IMG/VR virus record: IMGVR_UViG_3300031772_000033
Coordinates: 1-62,501 of that record
Length of the DNA stretch: 62,501 nt
Source of the DNA: a virus
Taxonomy: Duplodnaviria > Caudoviricetes
Reading direction: 5' to 3' (one strand)
Made by a program: the position numbers and the translations under genes
Shown here: piece by piece, positions 47,665-57,306 of the stretch
How positions within the stretch are numbered: the stretch's first letter is position 1
How the letters are laid out: each line of letters starts with the position of its first letter
The notes under the pieces: generated by a model
Told to the model about the DNA's origin: nothing
The model's input: the letters and a program-made list of their open reading frames with translations, nothing else
The model's database searches: none

Positions 47665-48374
47665 ACCCGAAAGTCTCAATCATAATAACCAATTTTCGAC
47701 ATGATGCTTATTTGCCATTTGCTGTGATGTCGGTATTGAACCAGACCTTTAAAGATTGGGAATTGATAATCGCAAACGATAATCCAGATTCTAAAACGCC
47801 TTATTATGATCGGATAGACAAAAGAATATTAGTCATGGATGCGAAAAAAAATATTGGACAGCCAGCACGTATTAACTTTTGCATTCCGTGGTTGCGCGGA
47901 GAATTCACGGCTTTTCTGGATGCAGATGATTATTGGCTACCGTGGAAGTTAAATTACCAACTCGGATTTGATTTTGATATGACATACGGGGATTGTCTCG
48001 TAAAGCAAGCAGACGGAAAGACGCGATTGGTACATACAAAGCCCTGGGACAGGGATATGGTTTTACATAAACAATGCTTGACAACTTTTTCAAGTATAAT
48101 TGTGAAAACCGAACTACTGAAACGATGTCCTTTTCCCGAAGACATTGGAAATGGAAATGATAGGGTATGGACTTTAGATCTTTCGTTATTGACGGACAAT
48201 ATTTTATATACACCCTTGCCGCTTTTCGTTTACAGGGACTATACATCACAGTTCAGAAAACAGTTCAATTTTAATCCAATTACGAAATTTAATACTTTAT
48301 TGAAACGAGTTGAGCGGAGAAAGAAAAACAAAGTGCTTCAGGATTACATTAACAGGCGATATGATGTTAAGTAA
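47661..48374 (+). CDS. GT2 glycosyltransferase
   Basis: VSIII, SVLNQT..DWELII.ND, FLDADD. Confidence 0.92.
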   Translation: MNPKVSIIITNFRHDAYLPFAVMSVLNQTFKDWELIIANDNPDSKTPYYDRIDKRILVMDAKKNIGQPARINFCIPWLRGEFTAFLDADDYWLPWKLNYQLGFDFDMTYGDCLVKQADGKTRLVHTKPWDRDMVLHKQCLTTFSSIIVKTELLKRCPFPEDIGNGNDRVWTLDLSLLTDNILYTPLPLFVYRDYTSQFRKQFNFNPITKFNTLLKRVERRKKNKVLQDYINRRYDVK

Positions 48375-48683
48375 ATTAACTGAATATTACATAATTTGCA
48401 CTAACCGTCTGGATTACGGTTTTAGGAATATAGGGAATTTCTCGCGGTTTCTTCAGATGGGCGCGACTGCCGCATTAGTTCTAAAAGTTTTCGGAGTAAC
48501 GACAAACAAATCAATTATAATACCATTAGTTGCCATGCTTATCATTGTGACGATTTCGTGGATGTTAGGTAAAACTAAACTTCAGGCTAAGCAATTGAAA
48601 TATGACTCAGAGAGAAATCGTGCGTGGGTGGAATTAGTTGAACAGGTTAAGAGACTTGAAAATAAAATCGATGAGTTAAGAAA

Positions 48684-48947
48684 ATGAACAACAATGCATT
48701 TGAAAGAGGATTGCTTTTAATCTTTTTGGTTTTATTTGAAATGATGATACTTGTTGTAATTGCCAATTACAATTCAATCCCTCCGCATACATGGATTGGT
48801 GGGTTTGTTTATCGTTGGATGGAAGCACTTTGTATGCCTGAGTATAAGGGTTTTGATCGGATATTTTTATTTATGAATTGGGGATTAATACTGTTCTTTA
48901 TCGCGCAATCGTATTTTTTGAATAGATTATTGAAAGGCAAGCATTGA
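48684..48947 (+). CDS. Small membrane protein
   Basis: Two hydrophobic helices. Confidence 0.55.
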   Translation: MNNNAFERGLLLIFLVLFEMMILVVIANYNSIPPHTWIGGFVYRWMEALCMPEYKGFDRIFLFMNWGLILFFIAQSYFLNRLLKGKH

Positions 48948-49312
48948 ATGAATAAATTGATATGGTTTTTACTTTTTATAGTTATATTGGGTATTCCTTT
49001 AATAGCTATTATTTTGGCTTTACTGGAATTGTAAAAAAGAACGTTTTAAACCAAGAGGAGAGACAAATGAAGACAGGTGACACGGTAAAACTGAAAGACG
49101 GGTTGAAGGTCGGACGGAAATACGGGGAAATAGAATTATTGGAAAGCATGATCTTCGAAGGTGAAAAGAAAATCGAAACAGATAAGGAAGGCGATATTTA
49201 TATTGATGGTTGGTACTATTCTATCGAAATGTTGGATATATTAACAGGGTAGAGGTTAAACGTTCTTATTTATATGGGGAAGAGTGATAACTCACAAGGG
49301 AATAAAGACTCG

Positions 49313-50470
49313 ATGGTACAATACCAATTAAAACTTAAACTAAACAAAAAACAAGAAACCACACTTAATGAATGGTTGTGGAATCTTACTGGAGTTTGGA
49401 ATTGGGCTATTCGTAAAATAGAACTTGATGCTCAATATGGAATATATTACAGTAAATTCACTTTTCAAAATATACTTGCGAATCATAGCAAAAAAATTTG
49501 TATTCCAAGCCATGTTTTAGGTGGTATACTTTCACAGGCACATCTCGCATGGTCTCGATGCTTTAAAAGGAAAGCAAAAAAACCACACTTTAAGGGACAA
49601 CGAAACAAATTAAATAGTATCCCATTTCCCGATCCCATTAGATCACCCAAAGAAAACCACATTACTCTTTTGGGTATTGGAAAGATACGTTTTCATAAAC
49701 AGAAATTACCAGAAGGAAAAATTAAATGTGGCCGGATTATTAAAAGGGCAAGCGGGTGGTATTTATGTGTTTTTATTGATGCCGAACGAAAATCGATTGA
49801 ACGCAAAGCATTTGGACGAATAGGCATTGATCCGGGATTTAAAAATCTTTTAACATTATCAACCGGCGAAAAAATAGAACATCCAAGAGAATTAGAGGCA
49901 ACAGAAAAACGTTTAGGACAAGCACAAAGAGGACACAATAAAAAATTAGCATCACGTCTTTCGGAACGCAGAGCCAATAGAACGAAAGACAGGAATCATA
50001 AACTTTCACATAAACTTATCGGTGAAAATATTTTTATTGCATTTAGTGCGGACAAACATCAGAACATAGCAAGAAAATTCGGGAAGTCAGTTTCCAGTTC
50101 TTCCCATTATCAGTTAAGACAGATGCTTTCCTACAAGAGCCATTCAGGCGGTACGGAATACGTTGAGACTGATTCGAGAAATTCCACCAAGACCTGTTCG
50201 AACTGTGGGGCCTTAACCGGTCCTACGGGCTTGAGCGGCTTGTCGGTAAGGCAATGGGTGTGTGTTGCTTGTGGGGCAGAACATGACCGCGATATAAATG
50301 CGGCACGGAATACGCTCATTGTCGGGGCCGGAATGGCCCACGAGGTGCATAATGTAAAAGCATTATGCAGTCCGAAATCTTATGCAACTGGGTTCAAATC
50401 TTTCGCGCTTGCGGGTGCGGATTCGTTAGTATTGAGCCCATGCGCAAAGGAAGTTCAATTATTCGCCTGA
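49313..50470 (+). CDS. tnpB: TnpB (IS200/IS605 RNA-guided nuclease family), RuvC-II Glu apparently absent
   Basis: N-terminal VWNWA, P.FK, GWY, GIDPG, TCSNCG, W.C..CG..HDRDINAARN; IAFSAD in place of IxxED. Confidence 0.9.
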   Translation: MVQYQLKLKLNKKQETTLNEWLWNLTGVWNWAIRKIELDAQYGIYYSKFTFQNILANHSKKICIPSHVLGGILSQAHLAWSRCFKRKAKKPHFKGQRNKLNSIPFPDPIRSPKENHITLLGIGKIRFHKQKLPEGKIKCGRIIKRASGWYLCVFIDAERKSIERKAFGRIGIDPGFKNLLTLSTGEKIEHPRELEATEKRLGQAQRGHNKKLASRLSERRANRTKDRNHKLSHKLIGENIFIAFSADKHQNIARKFGKSVSSSSHYQLRQMLSYKSHSGGTEYVETDSRNSTKTCSNCGALTGPTGLSGLSVRQWVCVACGAEHDRDINAARNTLIVGAGMAHEVHNVKALCSPKSYATGFKSFALAGADSLVLSPCAKEVQLFA

Positions 50471-50478
50471 GATGCTGG
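50322..50478 (+). ncRNA. Putative omegaRNA/right end with flanking guide
   Basis: Hairpins GGGCC/GGCCC, TGCATAATG/CATTATGCA, TGGGTTCAA/TTGAGCCCA; TTCAA at 50454-50458 as candidate right end. Confidence 0.55.
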
Positions 50479-51583
50479 ATGTGCGGGAATAACCATGAAA
50501 TATAATTTTGAATTTAATCTATCCGACAAAGTAAAAATTATTCCCCTTGAATGTGAAGGCAGGATTATTTCAGTCTGGATAACGGAATGCGGGATAAAAT
50601 ATGAAGTTAGATATTTTGATAAAGCTGAAGCCCAAACCGTTTATTTTTATGCGGATGAATTGAAGGCAATGATATGAGGAAAATCCGAGCCTTGAAACTC
50701 AGACGGGCCGCAAACAAGGAAGCGCGGTTCTTCGAGAATACCTTAAAGCCAGGTACGCAAAGGGAATACGTCAAGGGTTGTCCGCGAGAACTGTATAAAA
50801 GTAAGAAAAGGGAATATCTGAAGGGTGAATGATGAAAAGGGAATTTGACTATTCATCCTACATTCAAGTTAGACCGGAACCGGATACGGAACTGCCAACA
50901 GAAAGGGTATTTGATTATTCTAATATACCTTCCTTAGATGAGGCGACAAGTGGAAATGTAATTGGATATATGACCGAAGTAAAATATAAAAAAGACGGCC
51001 TATATGCTACAATAATTTTAATCGAACTCGACCCGCAGATGCCAAACATAGCACCAAGCATGGATAGGGTACTTTAAATGGAATTATTAAAAAATAAACT
51101 TTATGTAAAACTTACGATAGAAGGCGTGGATAGAATTACGTTTAGATTAAAACTTTATAAATTAATATTTTCCTTGATGCAGATATTCTTTCCCTTGGAA
51201 TTGACCATAAAGGCCGAATAAAATAAATGGGTAAGACCCACAGGAAAGAATACGATCCGGTTCTTAAATTTAAAAAGAAACAAAAAAGAATTAAGATAGT
51301 TAAACCGGAACAGGTTTCAGATGATTTCGCATTATTCGAGTTTAGTAAAAATAAACGAGGTATTGTAAAATGAAACTTCCGAGGTGGATTCATAAGCTTT
51401 ACGCTAATGCTTTTGGATACTTTTGGCTTCCATGCCCTATTTGCGGAAGGAAGTTTGGAGGCCATGAGTGGGATATCGAAAGAAATAATAATTCTATCAA
51501 GGAGACTGAAAGTTCAGGTTCCGGTGTTTGTCCCAATTGTCATGCATTTGCATTTTTTTATAATTTAATGTGGGATAGGGAAA

Positions 51584-52006
51584 ATGAAATCAACAAGGCG
51601 TAATTTTTTAAAAGGAATACTGGGTTCAAGCATGGCCGTTGCGGTTATGCCTAAGTTATTCGAGAAGAATATAGAATTAAATGAATTAGATAAAGAAAAA
51701 CTGTTATCTGAGCATGATTCATGGCAAATCAATGAAGATGATTCCGATATTATTAAATTAATGAAACTGGCAGAGTCGGATCATATACATGATAGGTTTA
51801 TAACAGTAAAGGCACTTGAAAATATAAAAACAGGTTATCTTGTTAATATTTCTAAACGTTTCACTGTTAAAAAAGCAAACAATAAAAGCAAGTTCATTGG
51901 TGGTGCAGTAGAAGATATACGTAAAGGACAAACCGGTAAAATAATGATTTGTGGAAGTTTTGAAGCTAAAATTAATACAAGAAAATATAAAGATATTATA
52001 ATTTAA
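51584..52006 (+). CDS. Twin-arginine-signal protein with decoration-like C-terminal domain
   Basis: STRRNFLK; ALENI..G..V...IG.A.EDI..G..G.I...G. Confidence 0.55.
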   Translation: MKSTRRNFLKGILGSSMAVAVMPKLFEKNIELNELDKEKLLSEHDSWQINEDDSDIIKLMKLAESDHIHDRFITVKALENIKTGYLVNISKRFTVKKANNKSKFIGGAVEDIRKGQTGKIMICGSFEAKINTRKYKDIII

Positions 52007-52057
52007 TATTTAGAATGCAACATTTTAATTAATAATAAAATAGATACTAACAAAATC

Positions 52058-52423
52058 ATGCAAAATAAAATAAAAAAAATATCAAACAAAGAAATAATTA
52101 AGGCGATAAAAAATTCAGCAGGGAATATGACTGAAATTGCCAAACGTTTAGGTATTCATAGAGTTACGGTAGTCAAATATATCGAAACCATTCCCGAAGT
52201 CAAGCAAGCATACCAGGATGAGGTTGACTCCTTAAAAGAGAAAGCCGTAACTAATATAGCCGATGCAATCAATAGAAAAGAAGGCGATTTCGATACTGCA
52301 CTTGATACGTCTAAGTGGTATGTTTTAAAGCGCAGGAAGGATGGAGAGTTTGCGGATAAGCAAGAGGTTGAGCATTCGGGTGATGTAGCATTCACCTACA
52401 AATGGGAAGTTGAAAAGGAATGA
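52058..52423 (+). CDS. terS: Terminase small subunit
   Basis: HTH IAKRLGIHRVTV, C-terminal QEVEHSG, coupled to TerL. Confidence 0.8.
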   Translation: MQNKIKKISNKEIIKAIKNSAGNMTEIAKRLGIHRVTVVKYIETIPEVKQAYQDEVDSLKEKAVTNIADAINRKEGDFDTALDTSKWYVLKRRKDGEFADKQEVEHSGDVAFTYKWEVEKE

Positions 52424-53781
52424 TTGAGATTAAGACAGTCTGGAATAAGTGGCAATGGAAATTTCTAATGTCCCAGGCAAAGCATCGGGCTTTGTTTGCG
52501 GAGTTCAGAAGTGGGAAGACAAAGGCCGCAGGTGCGGACTTATTCAAACATCTAAGCGAATATCCGGGTACAAGGGCTGCGGTGATTCGAAACATCCACC
52601 AAGAGCTAATTGATTCAACAATCCCACAGTTGAAAGAAGTCCATGACTGGGATGTGACGGGCGAGAAATTCAATAAGTCTACGAAGATATTAGAGTTGAA
52701 TAACGGTTCGATCATAGAATGTTTTGCCCTGGATAGACCGGATGATGTGAAGAAACTGAAGAATGTGGCTCTTGGGTATGTCATGTTAGACCAGGGTGAA
52801 GAGATCCATCCGGACATTTACGACATGGCTTTAGGTAGGATGTCTCAGAAGAATGCTCCCAACAGATCGGTAGTGATCGGTAACTTCGAAGGCAAGGGTT
52901 GGTATTGGGATAAGTTCTATGCTCAACCAGTAGAGGTCGAAACTGGGACCTTTAAAGGCAAACAGAGAGACTTCGGGATATATCGCGGACAGGATGAAAA
53001 CTTTATCGGTTTCTGGCCGCCGCCATTTCTCAATGTAAAGAACCTTCCGGACGGATATTATGATGAGCAGATTAAAAACCATTCCCAAGATTGGAATGAT
53101 AAGTATATGTGGGGCTTGCCTACGGGTAACGCAGGTCTTATCCACAAGGATTATAACGAGCAACGTCACTTAATTAGAGCTGAGAATTATTTTACCATTC
53201 CACCCAGACAAGAGCATGCATGGTCAATTTATGAGGGCATGGACTATGGAGTATCTAATCCCACCTGCTGGCTGTTCGTGGCGTATTCACGCGAAGATGA
53301 TACAATCTATTTTCTGGATGAGTATTATCAAAGCGGGGAGAACATCTACTTTCATGGGCCTAAGATCAAGAAATTCAGGGAGGAGTACGGACGGCCTATC
53401 TGGACAATCGGATGTCCTCGAGCTTTTCAAACCGAACGGGACAGCAAATGTCCATCCGATGAATATGCCAGCAAGTATAATATATCCTTGATTCAATATC
53501 CCGTAGGCATTGAGGCACGGATCGAAGTTGTCAATCGCAGATTCAAACTTAACAAAATCAAGATATTCGACCGCTGCCAGTTCCTTAAACGACAGATCGA
53601 GGGCACGACTTGGAAGAACATGGAGAACACAGAGAACCATGCGCTTGAGCCGTTTCACCGGATAGTTGCCAAGATAGATGCTGAATCCAATTCGAGCAAG
53701 ATGCGCGATATACTGAAGGCCGAGCCGTCAAAGAAGATAGAGCAGCCGGTGAGCGCGGGAATAATGTCAATGGATTTTTAG
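52420..53781 (+). CDS. terL: Terminase large subunit
   Basis: RSGKT Walker A, MLDQGEE Walker B variant, GR, GMDYG..NP, DEYY. Confidence 0.9.
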   Translation: MIEIKTVWNKWQWKFLMSQAKHRALFAEFRSGKTKAAGADLFKHLSEYPGTRAAVIRNIHQELIDSTIPQLKEVHDWDVTGEKFNKSTKILELNNGSIIECFALDRPDDVKKLKNVALGYVMLDQGEEIHPDIYDMALGRMSQKNAPNRSVVIGNFEGKGWYWDKFYAQPVEVETGTFKGKQRDFGIYRGQDENFIGFWPPPFLNVKNLPDGYYDEQIKNHSQDWNDKYMWGLPTGNAGLIHKDYNEQRHLIRAENYFTIPPRQEHAWSIYEGMDYGVSNPTCWLFVAYSREDDTIYFLDEYYQSGENIYFHGPKIKKFREEYGRPIWTIGCPRAFQTERDSKCPSDEYASKYNISLIQYPVGIEARIEVVNRRFKLNKIKIFDRCQFLKRQIEGTTWKNMENTENHALEPFHRIVAKIDAESNSSKMRDILKAEPSKKIEQPVSAGIMSMDF

Positions 53782-54001
53782 GAGGAGAAAAGGAAATGGA
53801 TATCGAAGTAATTAGAGAAAAAAAGAAAGCAGTCGAATCAGAAATACAAAGATTGCTTAATGATTTTCAATTAAGTACACAATTACAAATTAGAAACATT
53901 AAAGTTGAAGCATGGAATGTTACGGATAGTGCATCCACGAGACACGAAAGCATTACCAAGGTGAGTTTGGATATAAGATTCTAATAGGGATGGATTTCTA
54001 A

Positions 54002-54253
54002 ATGAAACTTGTCTATATCCAATGGTATGACAGTCAAGCAAGCCAAGGCGGATGGAGGTCCACGGAAGATTCTATTTGCACTAAACCATTGATTATAGAA
54101 TCCATTGGATGGGTTTTGCATGAGGGGAAAGATTCGATCTGCATTGTTTCTCACAGGGGCGGCTATGTTGATAATGATGATTACAAGCAAGCAAATGGGG
54201 ATATGACAATTCCCAAATGTGCTATTCGTAAACTTAAAGTAATTAAACTATGA
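54002..54253 (+). CDS. Conserved phage hypothetical protein
   Basis: LVYIQWYDS...SIGWV...IPK.AI. Confidence 0.7.
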   Translation: MKLVYIQWYDSQASQGGWRSTEDSICTKPLIIESIGWVLHEGKDSICIVSHRGGYVDNDDYKQANGDMTIPKCAIRKLKVIKL

Positions 54254-54572
54254 TTCTTCCCGGCATTACAACATGGCAAATAATGAATTCCGATCTTATT
54301 GTGGACACGGAAACAAGAACAGAAATATATTCAGATGAGAAAATTTTCAATGTAAAATTAATAGAAAAAGAATATGATGATAAAAGCATAACGTTGCATT
54401 TCAAAATTTTGCAAACATTTCAAGATAAGCACAGATATGCCACGCATAAGAATACAAACAAAGAAATAATTTTTCGTATTATTGGACTGTTTTTATTTTT
54501 TGCAATATTTTGTTGTTTGGTAATTTTAATGGAAACTAAATAGGCTTAATATTTAACTGTAAAGGAATAAAT

Positions 54573-56912
54573 ATGAGCGGAACTAAAGGTCACTCAGGGC
54601 GCAAGAAAACAATCAAATTGATTGATACTAAGCGAGTTGGCAAGACTTCTGAGGTCGGCACGGTAGGTACTCAGATATATGGTGGGTACATCACAGGCGA
54701 GGAGTTCAACGCAGAACTTCGTGAAAGTACCGCTGTTGATACTTTCGACAAGATGATTCGGACGGACGCGCAGGTAAAGGCTACAATTCAGTTGATGGCA
54801 TTGCCTTTGCGATCAGCTTCATGGGACGTGGAACCGGCAAGCGAGGACACGGCGGACGTTGAGATACGGGATGAGGTACACGATCAATTATTTCAGAACG
54901 ATAATTTCACCTGGGATTCCATAATAAGAAATATTCTTTATTACTTGGTTTACGGATTCTATGTCTTCGAGAAAGTCTGGACAAATAAAGACGGCAAATA
55001 CAGGCTATCCAATTTAGCCCCGCGCAAACCTAAGACGATCACTAAGTGGATTCAGGATGTCAATGGAAAACTTTCAGACGTTGAGCAATCAAGCCAGTTT
55101 CCGGATGGCAAGTACAGGACCGTACAGATTCCAAATGACAAACTGTTAATTTTCACTAACGAGCAAGAGGGCAATAATTGGCGAGGCATATCCGTACTCA
55201 GGACAATATACAAGAACTGGAAAGCCAAGGATATGTTGGTGCGTCTCGATGTGATGAAGCATGAACGATTCGGCATGGGTGTACCAATGGTTACACTTCC
55301 AGAGGGCGAACAAAAAGAGGGAGACCTTCAGGCTGCCATAGATGTTTGCGAGACGTTCAGGGCGCATGAAAAGGGATACGTTATCAAACCGTCTAATTTT
55401 GAGTTTGAAGTGCTTGACATGAAGGCACAGACTACCACCAATGTCATAGAATCAATCAAATATCACGATACGGAAATCACTTCCAATATCTTGGCTCAAT
55501 TTCTCAGCCTTGGTAAGACAGAGACGGGTTCGCGGGCTTTGGGCGGATCGTTGCAGGATACGTTTTACAATGCCTTGCAATCAGTAGCACGTTATATAAC
55601 GGACGTTATGAACGGAGGCATGGAAGGACGAAGGTTGGTCAAGGATATAGTTGATTATAATTTTGCTAATGTAGAGGCATATCCGAAGATCGTCTGCTCC
55701 AAGATAGCCAATATCGACTATAGTGCATTATCGGCCACGCTGAAAACTCTTACGGATGGCAAGATCATCCGGCCTTCATTCAATTTAGAAAAGTGGATCA
55801 GCAAAGAAATGAATCTGCCCGAACCAGAGGAGCCAGAGGAGGGCGAGCCGTTCATTCCTGAGCCCAAGCCGCCTGTCATTCCCGGCCAAGAGCCAGAGGA
55901 CGAACCACCGAAACCGGGTAAGGGTAAGTCTGCGCAGAAGGCAGACGAAAAGCCGCCCGTTGATATACCCAAGGAAAAGAAGAAACCACCCGAAGAACTT
56001 AGGGAACATCCTCACATCCATCTTCAGGAGCGCAAGCCCGGCGAATACTGGAGGCCGTTAACCGCACTTGAAAAAAGCGTCGGCTTAAAAGAAATGGATT
56101 CAAAGATTAACGAGTATTATGATTTAGCCATAGGGATCGGCGACAAATACAGACAGGACATGATAAATGCCTTAACCGAGAAAGGCGTTGCATTACTCAC
56201 AAAGAAAATAGGTATAGACGAATTCAGCCAGGCATTGATTGAAACCAAAGTTCCCGGCAAGGGCAAAATGGCAAGCGAACTGTCCGGCGCATTGCGTGAG
56301 GTTTATTACTATTCACGGATGAAATTGAGAAATGAGTTATTCAAGGAGCCGGTTGAGTTCATGGATGTTGAACTTCAAAATGATGTTTGGTATCCAGAAG
56401 ATGAAACACCTCCACCCGAAAAGAAAAAGCGCAAAGGCTTGCTGATTCCTATATTCTTCGATGATAAAGAAGTACGCAAATTGTCCTCCGCATTGGCTGA
56501 TGTGGCCGTGTCCGTCCTAACCGTGAAACTCTGGAATGAGTGGCGCAAAGAGATGATCGTTCAGAAGTCCACCGGAATTGTGAATACGGAAACCATAAAG
56601 CAAAGCCTGCTTGATTTGAGTAAGAATGATTTTAAGGCAGAGATTCAGGTTGATGTAAACAAAGTATTCGGACTCAGCCGTGCAGCCGAAGCACAGAAGG
56701 AAAAGGACAAGATTGCCTTGATTACTCATTCCGAAATTCTTGACGATGCCACGTGTCAGGCTTGCGAGGAAGTTGACGGCTGGCAGTTTGACGGTGTTGA
56801 TGATCCGGACTTTCAACCGTTCGCGACCGGACAGTACGATAAATGCGAAGGGAATGTCGGCGGAATTAATCGTTGCCGTGGCATAAACTTTTATCAATTA
56901 CAGCAGGAGTAA
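54573..56912 (+). CDS. Mu gp29/DUF935-like portal fused to a gpF-like head morphogenesis domain
   Basis: YGFYVFEKVW, G.S.LR, ERFG.G.P, ILAQFL...GSRAL; Pro-rich linker; D..TC..C...C.G...CR. Confidence 0.85.
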   Translation: MSGTKGHSGRKKTIKLIDTKRVGKTSEVGTVGTQIYGGYITGEEFNAELRESTAVDTFDKMIRTDAQVKATIQLMALPLRSASWDVEPASEDTADVEIRDEVHDQLFQNDNFTWDSIIRNILYYLVYGFYVFEKVWTNKDGKYRLSNLAPRKPKTITKWIQDVNGKLSDVEQSSQFPDGKYRTVQIPNDKLLIFTNEQEGNNWRGISVLRTIYKNWKAKDMLVRLDVMKHERFGMGVPMVTLPEGEQKEGDLQAAIDVCETFRAHEKGYVIKPSNFEFEVLDMKAQTTTNVIESIKYHDTEITSNILAQFLSLGKTETGSRALGGSLQDTFYNALQSVARYITDVMNGGMEGRRLVKDIVDYNFANVEAYPKIVCSKIANIDYSALSATLKTLTDGKIIRPSFNLEKWISKEMNLPEPEEPEEGEPFIPEPKPPVIPGQEPEDEPPKPGKGKSAQKADEKPPVDIPKEKKKPPEELREHPHIHLQERKPGEYWRPLTALEKSVGLKEMDSKINEYYDLAIGIGDKYRQDMINALTEKGVALLTKKIGIDEFSQALIETKVPGKGKMASELSGALREVYYYSRMKLRNELFKEPVEFMDVELQNDVWYPEDETPPPEKKKRKGLLIPIFFDDKEVRKLSSALADVAVSVLTVKLWNEWRKEMIVQKSTGIVNTETIKQSLLDLSKNDFKAEIQVDVNKVFGLSRAAEAQKEKDKIALITHSEILDDATCQACEEVDGWQFDGVDDPDFQPFATGQYDKCEGNVGGINRCRGINFYQLQQE

Positions 56913-56913
56913 T

Positions 56914-57117
56914 ATGAATCCAGTCCGTTGTAAATGCGGTCATATGTTGGCAGATAAAGGCGAGAAAGTATACGAGATCAAAATCAAATCAGGCAAAAAC
57001 ATAGACGTTTCTTTCCCTGAAGGCGTGGTAAAATGTCCCGGATGCGGCACGGTTTACTTTCTTCCAAGGTGCGAGACAAACACAATAGGCGAGGCGGTTG
57101 AGATAAAGTATAATTAA
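56914..57117 (+). CDS. Com-like zinc-ribbon protein
   Basis: VRCKCGHMLA...VKCPGCG. Confidence 0.65.
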   Translation: MNPVRCKCGHMLADKGEKVYEIKIKSGKNIDVSFPEGVVKCPGCGTVYFLPRCETNTIGEAVEIKYN

Positions 57118-57241
57118 AATATTATTACGGGATATAAGAATTAACTTGATTTTAATATTAAGAATCGTTAAATTTCCATGCCAAAAGTTTAGGAAAAAGA
57201 ATATAAAACAAATTAATAAGTCAATAATATAATTTAATATC

Positions 57242-57301
57242 AGAGGCGCGTGAAGCCCGATCACTCCGAAAGGATGGTCGGGCTTTTTTGTTTTATGGAG
57301 G
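57242..57301 (+). promoter_or_regulatory. Leader hairpin motif, copy 2 (terminator-like)
   Basis: AAGCCCGATCA-CTCCGAAAGGA-TGGTCGGGCTT with T run, then GGAGG. Confidence 0.65.
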
Positions 57302-57306
57302 TCAAT

